NCBI GenBank assembly: GCA_009602725.1
Contig: WELB01000010.1
Span: 1,073,494-1,137,493, forward strand
Origin: Spirogloea muscicola
Taxonomy: Eukaryota
Length of the DNA stretch: 64,000 bases
Direction of reading: 5' to 3'
Shown piece by piece: positions 37,401 to 48,045 of the stretch. How positions within the stretch are numbered: the first letter of the stretch is position 1; each line of letters starts with the position of its first letter. The position numbers and the translations under genes are program-made. A model generated the notes under the pieces. It was not told where the DNA came from, did no database searches, and saw only the letters and a program-made list of their open reading frames with translations.

Positions 37401-38559
37401 AGGCGCCTCTCTTCCCGGCAGCGAGCAAGTGAGTTTAGCTCCTCACGCAAACTTTCATTTCTATCAGGCCATTTCAGGCCTGATAGACACATGACTGTCC
37501 TTGGAGTCTCGTCTTAACTTATCGTCACATTCTGTATCTGGTGAAGAGTGATCTTCGCGCCTGGCGGCGCCCTTGTTGTGGACGATGTTCTCATTGTTTC
37601 CACTTCTAGCATCCCTGGCTGTCCAAGCTTGCCTTTAAGCATGCCACCACTGCTCATGGGTCACTGGCATAGCCTGCTATAGGGGCCGTCACCCATCCTT
37701 GGCCAAGCGTGCTCGAAGCTTGGAAATGTGTCTACTGACCTCCACCACGAGACTTGCCTGCAGAGGTGAGGCCAGGGTCGACGAGGCAAAGAAGGGCTCT
37801 GCAGCAGCAAATTCCACCTGGCCCGCGCCACAGGGTGGCGGCGCAGCCTCCGCCACCCTCCCGGCTCCATGGCAGCGGCAGCAGACTGCGCTGGCTGCTG
37901 GCCTGGCCAAGGGCAGCCATGGCCGTGCCGTCGAGAACGGGCGGGCGGACGCCACCACTGCTCACGCCGTTGCGATGGTGCCGTCGCCGGTGGCCGAGGG
38001 AGACGCACGCCCACCTCATCACCCTCCAGGCCCAGGTGGCCACGCCAGGCGCTCCTGGGGGAGCGCCACTGCCGCCGTGTCCGCCGCTGCGCCTGTCCCA
38101 AACCAGGCAGGCGGCAGCGGCGGCAGCGGCGGCAGCGGCGTCGGCATTGGCGTTGGTGGCACAGCCTCAGCACATGAACTTGTGCAGGCAGCTGCGGCAC
38201 AGCTCGCAGGGCTGAGCCACCAGCTGAATATGCACCTGCACCAGCAGCATGGCAGTGGCAGTAGCAGCAGGGGCGTCCACCACGTCAACTCGGCCGCTGC
38301 GATGGTGGCCGCTTTGGCTGGTAAGCTCAGCGACGGCGGCGCCCAGCAGCAGCTGCAGCAGCAGCAAGCACTGGGGGCTGCCGCCGACGAGCGGGCTCAC
38401 AGTGGGCCAGCAGGCATGGCTGCGGACTTCCGCATGCGGCCGGCCTCGCACGTGACTCAGGCTGAGGGCGAGTGGAGCGCCAAGCTGCCCCTGCCGAGTG
38501 GTGGCGCGCCAATCCTTTCCCACGACAAGGCCAAGAGGTTGAAGACCTCCGCTTCTTGA
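34408..38559 (+). CDS. Uncharacterised low-complexity protein with a CxxC..CxxC zinc ribbon; spans an N-gap and the exon structure is partly unresolved
   Basis: ATG in GCC context at 34408; coding-like exons. Splicing ~37068 to ~37229 gives KRRCPICQAMIAAAADCSHCGHMF. The long last exon ends ..KAKRLKTSAS* (NLS-like). Confidence 0.5.
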
Positions 38560-38969
38560 AGCTGTCTGCCAGCATGCAACCTCCGCATTGCTTATACTTA
38601 GCTACGTGCAGGTTCAGCACCTGCAGTGCCACAATGTCAGCTTTCTTCACCCGTTTTCGGCAATCATGTCTTCAAGGCCTGTGCTTCGACATGCGCTTGT
38701 TAGGCTCGACTTTTAGAATCCGTGGAGCTCTGCATTGGCGTCATGACGAGGCTGCAACTTCCGAAGCAGCCCTTCACTGACATGCGTCTGATGCACGGAG
38801 ATTGCAATTTCCTTGAATCGCTGCAGCAAGCAACAAAATTGCCACTCACTCAGCATCGGGGATCCCCTTGGTGTTATGCCGCGCCTTCTTAGGACGTCCG
38901 AATGTGCAGCCGACAAGTAGCCATGACATCTGCTGTACGCGTCAAGGGCTGGCTGTACGCTTGTCAGAG

Positions 38970-39030
38970 ACCCTTTTTCGGGCTGACTGTTCACAGCCCT
39001 TGCTCCCTTTGGGAGAGCCACTTTACTTTC
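38970..39030 (+). mobile_element. Solo 3'-end motif of the RLE retroelement family
   Basis: TTTTTCGGGCTGACTGTTCACAGCCCTTGCTCCCTTTGGGAGAGCCACTTT. Confidence 0.65.
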
Positions 39031-39473
39031 GGGCGCCTATGGACCTTAGCTCGTTCCATAGAAGAGAGCTCACGTCTCTTGCCAGACTCCGAGGCAGCTG
39101 GCTCGAGACAACCCCACAGGCACAGCGCCGCGGGCGGCTCGCCGTCGGCGCCGCCGCAATTTGCCGTCTCATGGCGTGGCCCACCATCCCGGCGGCGCTG
39201 GCTGCCCGCGGCAGCCATGGCCAGGGCAGCGGGCGGGAGCTTTGCGGCCCCGAGGCTCAGGCGCAGCGGCAGCGCCGGGGCCGGCTCTGGCCGATAGCGG
39301 CAGCCAGCCGCTCTCTATAGCAGCCACCGCCGCCGCCGCCGCCGCCGTCGCCGCCGTTGCAGTCGCCGCCGCCGCCGCCGCGGCCGCCGCCGCGGCGCGC
39401 GGGTAACGCGCCGCGTGTCCAAGGTACAGATATGTATATATACCGTTCAGGCGGAGACGTGAGTGCATGTCAC

Positions 39474-39567
39474 GGAGCGATAGCTCAGTGGTAGAGCAGT
39501 CGACTGCAGACGCTGGCGGCGCTCGGTAGGAATCGACGGGTCCCCGGTTCAAACCCGGGTCGCTCCT
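39474..39567 (+). tRNA. trnC-GCA: tRNA-Cys(GCA) with a 22-nt intron (39510-39531)
   Basis: Acceptor stem GGAGCGA/TCGCTCC with U73; D arm GCTC-AGTGGTA-GAGC; anticodon stem GTCGA/TCGAC with GCA at 39506-39508; T arm CCCGG-TTCAAAC-CCGGG. TA-rich box at ~39431-39442 and TTTT at ~39589. Confidence 0.93.
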
Positions 39568-40194
39568 AGACCCGGCCCAACACTTGGCTTTTCGTGTTCC
39601 GGAACGTGGTAAACAGGAAAAGCTTTCCCAGCTCACTCAGCTCATCCAGGACTTCCACCTTAAGTGCCTTGAATTTGTACCGAAGCCACCCTGGTACCAC
39701 TCACTGCCTCTGGGTTGCATACGCAGTAAACGTGACTCAGCTAAATTTGTGCCCATCAGATCAACTATTTTCTGAAATAAACAAGCAGCAAAGGCCAGAG
39801 TATGTGCTTGTGCACAGTAGATACATCGCCTAATTCAAGTAAAGCTTGACCAATGGTACAGCGTAAGACCCTCAAAGTCATATTTTCACAAGCTTTGGAC
39901 TTTTTGCTAATACCAGTTCGCATGAGATGATCAAGAAGGATGTGACTAACAACCCAGCTAAAGTTTCCAGCGCTTCCCATGCTTGCAAGCTTTTTATTGG
40001 CAAGTTGGTCTATATGGCAAGTGTACAACGCATGCCCAGAAGCAGCACCACTTTGAAAGGACGAAGACATGATCCTAAGTAACCAAGCTAACCCCTATTT
40101 TTGCAGCACAACCATGCTCACATGCTTTGTATCAGCTACATGACTTTCATTGCAGACTGAGCAATTGCATGCTCACCAGTCAGATTGCACCCTC

Positions 40195-43100
40195 TCACCT
40201 AGACCTGGTTTTCTGACCATTCCTAGAGTCGCGAGTGTCACACAAGTCTCCGACCTTGCGCTTCAACGACCTGACGAGCGACGTGAGCTCCACCTTCCGC
40301 TTTTGCTTGGAATCCAGCGCAGGCATGCTCTCCAGCCCACCAGCTTGCGGTTGCCCGTTCAGCTCAGCTCCACTTTGGGTCCACGCGTCTGACGCCCTTC
40401 GGCGCTGCTTCTCAGCGAGGATGCCAAGCTGGCCACTTGACCTGCCGCCAGGAACCAAGCAGCATAGGATGCTTGTCAGTTGTCAGCAAGATAACATCCA
40501 CAGCGGCAAGAGACATACTGCGGATACCTGCTTAATCGGCATTCAGAGAACGTTGAAAGTGCTTGATGGTTTGCCAGGAGGAAAACTCAGCCTACTTGCG
40601 GAACTGGGGGTCCGTCGGGTCAATCGCAAAGAGCGGCGAGCTGTACAGCTGCGCAAAGCGCACATCCTGGTGGTCCACTGTCACCTCCGCAGCTCCTCCT
40701 CCATGGCCATCTCTGTCGCCGGCCTCCTCGTTGTCGCGGCCATTGCTGGCCTTGCCATTCGTCTTCGCCTTCTGCACTGAGGCCTTCTCCTTTCGGCCCC
40801 TACTCTTGAGGTTGTACCCCTTGGTGCTGCCTCCCTCTTGGGTTGCTGGCGCCTCAGCATCCATGACTAGGAGCTCGAGCTCCGCCTGCTCCCGTGCTGC
40901 AGCTGCTCGCTCTCGCTTCCTTGCCTCCCTCCGCCTCGCCCGCTCCTCTGCCGCCGCCTCTGCTGCCGCTGCCGCCTGCGACGCTACCTTTGCTCCGCCT
41001 GTCGAGCCCACTTTCACATCACCTCTCCTCCTGTCTAGGATGCCTCGCTGCCTGCTCGCGCTTGCACCACCTTGCTCCTCTGCTGTGTCTGCAAAAAATG
41101 GGTCGTCGAATGCGTCGTCAACCCCGTCGCCGCGAGCAAAGAAGGGGTCATCGCCCTCGTCCGCAGGCGCGTACATGTCTGCATCATCGCCGTCGTGGAC
41201 TTCCCCTCCTACAGCCCCTCCTCCTCCAGCTGCCGCCGCGGCCTCCCTCTTCTTCGCCCGGCGCTTCTCCCGCCGCTTGCGCAGGTACGCATCCCACACC
41301 GACTCCACATCTTCTTCCCTCTTCTCTTGTCGCCGGACCTCCATCTTCTCAGCCAGCTCGCCCAGCCCCGCATTGAATGTGATCTCGAGCTCCTCTCCTT
41401 CCTCCTCGTTTCCTTCCTTGCCGCTGTCGTCCTCATTCTTAACAGCCTCAGCGTCACCATTGCGTTCCATGCGCTGCCGTCCTGTGCTGTTTTCCCCCAG
41501 TAGTAGCGCCCGGTACTTTTTACGCAGCTCAGTCTGCTTGCCCCTGCCGCCATTTGCATCCGGTGTGCCCACAGCAGAGCTCCTCTTCTCTTCTAGCTCC
41601 AATTGTTGCCCGCAAGAAGCCTCATCCTCAGACCCCTCATCACTGCCTGACGTGGATGCCAGGTAGTCCTTGAAGTCCATGTCATTCAACTGCAGTTTCA
41701 AACAAGGTACAATTCAGCAGTAGTGCTATTAAATTCACCTCATTAAACACAGACATACAGTCTTCTTGCACCTTCTGTACCCCTCAAGGCTGAAGGTTTC
41801 CAGCGACTCTGAACACTCTTGAGCCTGCTTGGCGATTGTCCAACCCAAGCGTCCAGGGTGGACCCCAACCTGGGCGGTGTCGAATTTGCATCGCAGCGCC
41901 CGCGTGCGTGATGGTTCATCCTCGTCCCATGTCAGCTTGACAGAGCTGTGCTGTAACGCGCGTGTCTGGAAATTTGGGGCGACATAGTCCTGCGGCACCT
42001 GGCATCGCAAACTCACTCAGGAGTGGGTTAGAAAGCCTCGTGAGGACTTTGTTACTCGCCATATACAGAGTTGGTGAGAGTCCCTCTTAAGTCAGAGCAC
42101 CTCTATTTGGTATCTCTCATGGCCGCACGTTCCTTAGGGACTGGAGATGCCAAGAGTCCAACCCAATGAGGACCCAACACTTGTGGGCCCTCTGTTATGG
42201 TGAAAGAATCGTACATCGGTGGCTTGATCTCGGAGCTGCCGCGCCTTAAAGGACATTGCATCTGGAATGAACCGCAGGTCCAGCGTATTGGCCGAGCGCT
42301 CGAACTCCATGCCATCGCACGCTCGGTACAGTGCTCCCCCGGTGGCTGGTGAGTCGCACTCCACGACGGCGTAGTAGTACCTGCCAATGTAGGACCCCGG
42401 AAAGATATTGGCAGCCAGTCAGGAACCTCGGCGTCTCGGCGCCTCTGCTGATGTTGGAAGCTGGGAGTCGAAGTGACACTCTGTGGTTTGGTATTACTAC
42501 AAGTAGCTGTGACTATGAACCTCACTGAGCATAGGCATGAACAAAAAAGCATAATAAGAATAAGATTCACGGGGCCAAAGTGATTTCAAACTCCCTCCAG
42601 GTCTTAAGATGGGGTAACATCTGAATCTCACGCATAATGACCTGAGCTTTGATTTCTCGTATGCCCGCAGCTGCTCCATGTCAATCTCCCCTTCCCCCTG
42701 GCTGTCCTCGTCAGCTTCGTCAGCAGCACCCGGCCGGCCATCACCTGCCGCCCTCCCCCCTCCTCCCTGTGGTTCCACCTCCTCTCCATCGCTCCCTGTC
42801 TCTTCACCCCCTTCCCCCTCCTCCTCCTCACTCTCATCGCAGTCATCGTCGTCACCGTCCTCCTCCCCCACCTCCTCATCTTCACAGACCTCCTCCTCCT
42901 CTTCCTCCTCCGCCTCCTCACTGACTTCGAGGTCGTCCACATTCTGGGCTGCTCCATCTTCCTCCTTGCGCCTCCCTCCTCCCCCAAACAAGACCTGGGG
43001 GCCCTGCATCTGCTCTTCCGCCATCTGCTGGAGGCCAAAGTCCGAGGGGTAGACGGTGACTCGAGCGATGCTGCCGCCCCGGGGCAGGAAGGACCGCAGG

Positions 43101-44902
43101 ATGACCAGGATGTCCACAGCCTGATCACAACAGCAAGTATCTTCGTCACACATCAGCAGAGAGTCATACATGGCGTGCGCTCTATCTTGGAGCTGCTGCC
43201 CATACAAGTACGCTCGGACGGCTCACAACAACAGGTGTGCCAGCTGATAGTAAACCAAGGCCCCCAAAGCGGGAAGCCCCTGAAAGTATGCAAATTCCAA
43301 TGCAACATCTGAATGTGGCATCCTTCTCGCCGACTTGTACAGAGAGCACAGTGCGCAAGACAAGGCTATTTGCTTTGGCTTCTCAACATGCAGATCGCGA
43401 GGCCCCCCAGCAAGTGCCAGAGTTTCGGTTCCATGACATCCACTTGTGAAAGAAAAGCAGCATTGACATTGCTGCAATTGCAAGCTACTGGCAACTGTTT
43501 AAATGCTTACAAACGGTTTTGGCGGTGGCCGGCAAAAGCCGCTCACCAATGGGAAGCTTACGCACGCGCACGTGGTCCCAGTCGAGGTTGACAATTGCCA
43601 GCCGCCGCGTCTCCTCCTCCGTCGTGGCAATTTTCTCACCGCCCTCCTCCGCCTCCTCCTCCTCTTCATTGGATTCCACATCTTCCTCCTCGACCTGCAG
43701 TTCAGAATCAACAACCAAAAGCATCGGCCTCTACGAGTCGCGTTACTTTGGCACTCAGTTCCAAGTGGCACAAGAAAGTTAGGCTCTTGGTATAGGATTG
43801 TCAGGTGAGAAGTGAATGCCCGCGCCCTCTCAGTTTGTTATACAGAGGGCCCACAAGTGTGCAAATTATCAAAGGAAGTGGCTACCGATGTACCAAGGGT
43901 GGCTGTGAGAGCTAGCTGAGGTCATGTGCATCCCTAGGAGGGCCGGACCTCGCTCTCGCTGCTCGCATCTGACGAGGCGGATGCCAGCTCCGAGTCCGCT
44001 GCACCCTCGCCCTTGTCCCCAACCCTCGCGTCTTCGTCGCCAGTAGATTCGCCATCCTCCTCGTCACTAAGAGCATGGGCCAGCACAGTGTCATCGCCAT
44101 CCTGGGCCAAGCTCTTCTGAGGCTGCCGGCGCAATCGACTGTTGTGCATGGTGGCACTTCTCCATCCCCTGACTCCCCCCTCATCCGCTTCTCCCCCTCG
44201 CTCCGCCCCTCCCTCCTCGGCCTGCTCCGTGCCCACCGCGGCGCTGTCGTCCCTCTGGGCTGTCGTCGTGGGGCGGCCTCTGCCACTGTCCTCGAGCCGG
44301 TAGTACCGCCGCAGGCTGCCCCCAGCAGACTCCTCGGTGGGTGCGCGACGACGGCCGCGCTTGTCCGCGGCCGCCATGCCCTCGCCGAAGCGGCGCTCCG
44401 TGAACATGCCGGCGAAGCGCTCGTCGATGGCCACCTGCACGCCGCCGCAGGCCAAGAGCAGCAATCATGGCCTAGCATGAGGACATTCTACGTGAAACCA
44501 CAGCGCTGAGCACGAGCATTGCATAACCAGCAAGCACACTAATCCCACATGGGTTACGGAACGTGTGCCTGCTAAGCTCTAGAACCCCCCCACAACGATG
44601 GAGCCGCCATCTGTGGCGTCAGTGCCAACGCCGTCAGTAGCCCCCCCCCCCCCCCGTTTCCTCCACTGCTGATGGCCGCGGTCGCGACGACGACCGAGCC
44701 ATGGCGGCCGGCCCGCCTCGGCTGCGCCCGTCCAAGAGCCGGGCGTCCGCGCCGCACCTTGGTCTTGCCCCGCGGCGGGCGCTGGAACCGAGGGTCCGTG
44801 TGCAGCCGTCGGAAGCGCTCGTCGGTGACGACGGGCGCCGCNCCTGCCGGCGGCCGAGGCCGGCGGCGGCTTCTTCCCCGCGGCTTTCCCGGCGGCCGCC
44901 AT
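40195..44902 (-). CDS. ESF1: Pre-rRNA-processing protein ESF1 (NUC153 domain)
   Basis: TDERFRRLHTDPRF / VAIDERFAGMF..DKRGR / TRRLAIVNLDWDHVR / AVDILVILRSF..VTVYPSDFG / YYYAVVECDS..CDGMEFERSANTLDLRFIPD / ALQHSSVKLTWDED / DFKDYLAS..DVRFAQLYSSPLFAIDPTDPQF / ELTSLVRSLKRK. Confidence 0.95.
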
Positions 44903-45084
44903 GGCGGCGGCGGCTGCGGCGGCGGCGGCGGCGGCTTCTGTAGCTCGACAGTGGCCTCTGAACCCTAGACTCTTAACCCACTAAACCCCATGCTCATAGA
45001 CTCGAGGTGTGTTGCTCATTGTATCGCAACATACCACCAATTTATCACACGATGTGGAGGCCTCAGACTACCGCCCTTATGTAG

Positions 45085-48045
45085 AGAAGGGCTCGCCCAT
45101 TGAGGACAGGGGCTGGAAAAAGCCAGCCCAGAAAAGAATGAACAAAGGACGAGAAGGGGCCAGGGGAAGTACGAAGAACAACAAGCACTAAAAAGAAAGG
45201 AAGCAGCTACGAAGCACTCAGTAACCCCTGCTAAGCAGCCTCAGGTCAAAAGACTGAGTTCCTGGAAGCGGGTCCCCTGGCCAGAGCCGGAGGCAGCAGC
45301 GAGGGCTCTGCCTGCACGCAGGTGCAGCGCGCGGGCCATAGACCTCTGCAGCGAGACGGCCATGCGCATGCGGTACACCTGCGCTAGCGACCCTGCTGCA
45401 TGGGAGTCTACCGGCTCCCCATGGAAGCGGCGGACAATGGCGTGACGTAAGAGCTGGTTGAGCAGCTTGAGCCACCGAGCGCCCAGCGCCCCGTGCGTAT
45501 CGATGGCGAGCGGGAAGAACTCGTCTTCCCGCGGGTGATCTGCGTATTTTAGCTCCTTGGCCCGAGCGGCGCAGGCTACCGCATACCCAGCCTTGGTGGC
45601 ACACTGGGTTGGAAACCCTGCAGCGTTCCCTGGCACGAGCCTTGCATCTTCGTGATGGTCATGCCGTGGCTGCCGCTTCAGGCTCCCAGTCTCTCTGGCC
45701 GCGCCTTGTCCTGCTACAGGAGGGCCAAGACTCCTTACCTGCTTGTTCCCAGCTTGCGGCTGCTGACTGGGAGTCACTAAGCAGGCAATCGTCAGTAGTC
45801 TCTAAGCTTCCAGCTCAGTTGGACCTCGTTCGTTTGTTTGTGGGTAGTACAAGAACCAACAGCTCGTCTGAAGTAAGTCGATGGCTGAAAGAGGCCAGCC
45901 CAAAGTAAATAATAAGGTTTGAAAGGGCCGGGAGGCGCAATGACACGAAAAGCACTCTCTCTGTGGGTTGCCTTTTCACAGCCCCCGCCCCCTTCGCAGA
46001 GGAACTTCCTCATCTACATTGAGTAATAGCCTGCTGAACCCTGAAGACCTTGTCCATACCTGTTGGGCTCCTACAGCCATCGCCTGACATGCAAAGAGCT
46101 GCTTCTTCTTTGGGAGAGCTACTTGTAATACTCTAGAGAAGACAGCGTTTCAAAATACGGCAACGGCTGTGAGAGGCCAGCCCAAAGGAATGTACAAGGT
46201 ACAAGAAAGTGCTCCCCCAGAGGGTAAGGGCTGGTGTAGAGAGACCGCTGGGTGCAGCCCCTCTTCTCTATGGGCGAGCCGTGCTATGGCCGCCGCCTCT
46301 CGGTCTCGGCGGAGTGCCTCTTTCCCTGCAGCGAGCTACTCAGACCTGATGTTGCTCACTCGTGGGTACTGAGCTTCCCTCTGCATCGTCTGTGTTTTGC
46401 AGTGTTTTGTAGTGTAGTCCTTTTTCCGGCTCCTCTTGGCTGGACATTGTCCATTTTTTTTAAGCTGGCTTTGCCAGCCCCTCTTCTCTATGGGCGAGCA
46501 CTTCCTTTCTTCTTCTCTGTAGGCGAGCACTTTCTTCCTCTGGGTGCAGGATGGGCAAAGAGAGCGTCAGTGTCAGCGCCTCTCCGCGTGGCCGCTAGTC
46601 AGCGTCACGCACACGGGGCAACCTGCGCAAACTCACGTCGGTGGGTTGCCCAAAGTTGCCCAGGGAAAGACTCTTCCAGTAGAGGTGCAATGGCTGTGAT
46701 AGCTCGACTCAGAAAACCGAACGGACGAAGTTCGAAGGGTGCCGGAGAAGCGCCAAAGCACACAGTGGATAGCACAGTAAGTCAAGTGGCCACTGGGTGC
46801 TCAATATCCCTGTTGAGCAGCTCAGGTGCATCTCTGTGTTTGCAGCCAGCGCGCCTGGGAATGAACCGGTGTAGATAAGGCCGCCCCGTCCCGTGAAAAT
46901 CACGGGCGCGAGCGGGCGGGGGCGCCAGGTCCAGGTCGGCGTGGCCGGCACGAGTGGCCGGTCTGTGGGCCCATTGGAACGCCGGCCATCCGCGCGGTCC
47001 GGAGCCACAAGCCAACGAGGCCGCCACCAAGCTGCGGTGGGCCACGGGAGAAACCCTACAACCTAAACCCTGAACCAGGAACAGCTGCGCCTTGTGAAAA
47101 AAGAACTGACGCTTCCAGGAGAGGGCGGTGGCTGTGAGCGGAAAAGAGTTAGCTCTCCCCATGGGGGCAAGGGCTGTGATAAGCCAGCCCCAAAAAAACG
47201 GACAAGGTTTGAAGGTGCCACACTGCGAAGGGGCCAAAAGGGCTATCTCAGAACTTGGGTAGGATGAACCTCTTAAAACCTACGAGTATGGAGCCGAGAG
47301 AGCTGTGAGAGGCCAGCCCAGAAAACAGAATGAACAAAGCTCGAAGGGGCCAAAGAACGCGCTAAAGCACACAGGGAACCAAGGAGCTACGAAACACTCA
47401 GTAACCCCTGTTGAGTTTGGCCATTGTTTGTTTAAATACACGACAATTCCCTCTTGAGTGGGTCGCCACACGCTTGCACTGCCACTCCACCGTATTGGGC
47501 ATTGTACATTCCTTTGGGCTGGCCTCTCACAGCCATTGCCGAAAATTGGAAGAGCTGTTCTCTAAGCGAGTTCTCCCGATTCTCTTCCATTCAGAAAACT
47601 GCCCTTTCACAGCCATCGCCCCCGTTTCGGGAAAAGCTTTCGTTTCCGGTTTTGTTTGGGCTGGCCTTCTTCATTACACTTGAGCTGGCCTCTTACGGCC
47701 ATCATCCTATTTTGATGGAGCTATTTCCGTCTTGGCTGGCGTTTGCAGTAAACAGTCCCGTTTGTAATGCTTGTCGAAGCTGTGTATACTTGCTAGGGGG
47801 TACAAAACCTCCCCGATCATGGTGCTTCTGCCCCCTTTGCCTTACTGGCTCTTGCTAATTTGTGAATTTCAGCGCTTTTTGGCCCCTTCGAACCTTGTCC
47901 GGAATGGCCTTTCATAGCTCTCGCCCCCTTCGCACCAGAAAGCTGGGCGAGCTCTAGTTGGTGGCAGAAGGGCGTCGTATCTGCCATCTAGTATTCAGGC
48001 ATCGATTAGCGACCTTAATGTTTTGACCCGTGGTTACTGAGCGAG
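45085..48045. mobile_element. Large nest of RLE retroelement fragments and 3'-end motifs upstream of ESF1
   Basis: B copy at 45085-45610 (-); LQRSLARALHLR at ~45615 (+); C copy at 46280-46512 (+); further end motifs at ~45965, 47145-47190, 47290-47400, 47515 and 47880; ASISDLNVLTRGY* at ~48000-48040. Confidence 0.75.
46960..47078 (+). promoter_or_regulatory. Site II (TGGGCY) plus telo-box (AAACCCTA) module
   Basis: GTGGGCCC and GTGGGCC followed by GAAACCCTACAACCTAAACCCTGAACC at the end of a GC-rich patch. Confidence 0.4.

Noticed and set aside
40563..41666. 367-aa Ser-rich plus-strand ORF
   Set aside because: Antisense shadow of the acidic ESF1 exon.
44830..44850. Apparent frameshift in ESF1 exon 1
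   Set aside because: It coincides with a single N in a GC-rich tract, as at 5924, 24040 and 29038, so it is an assembly join.
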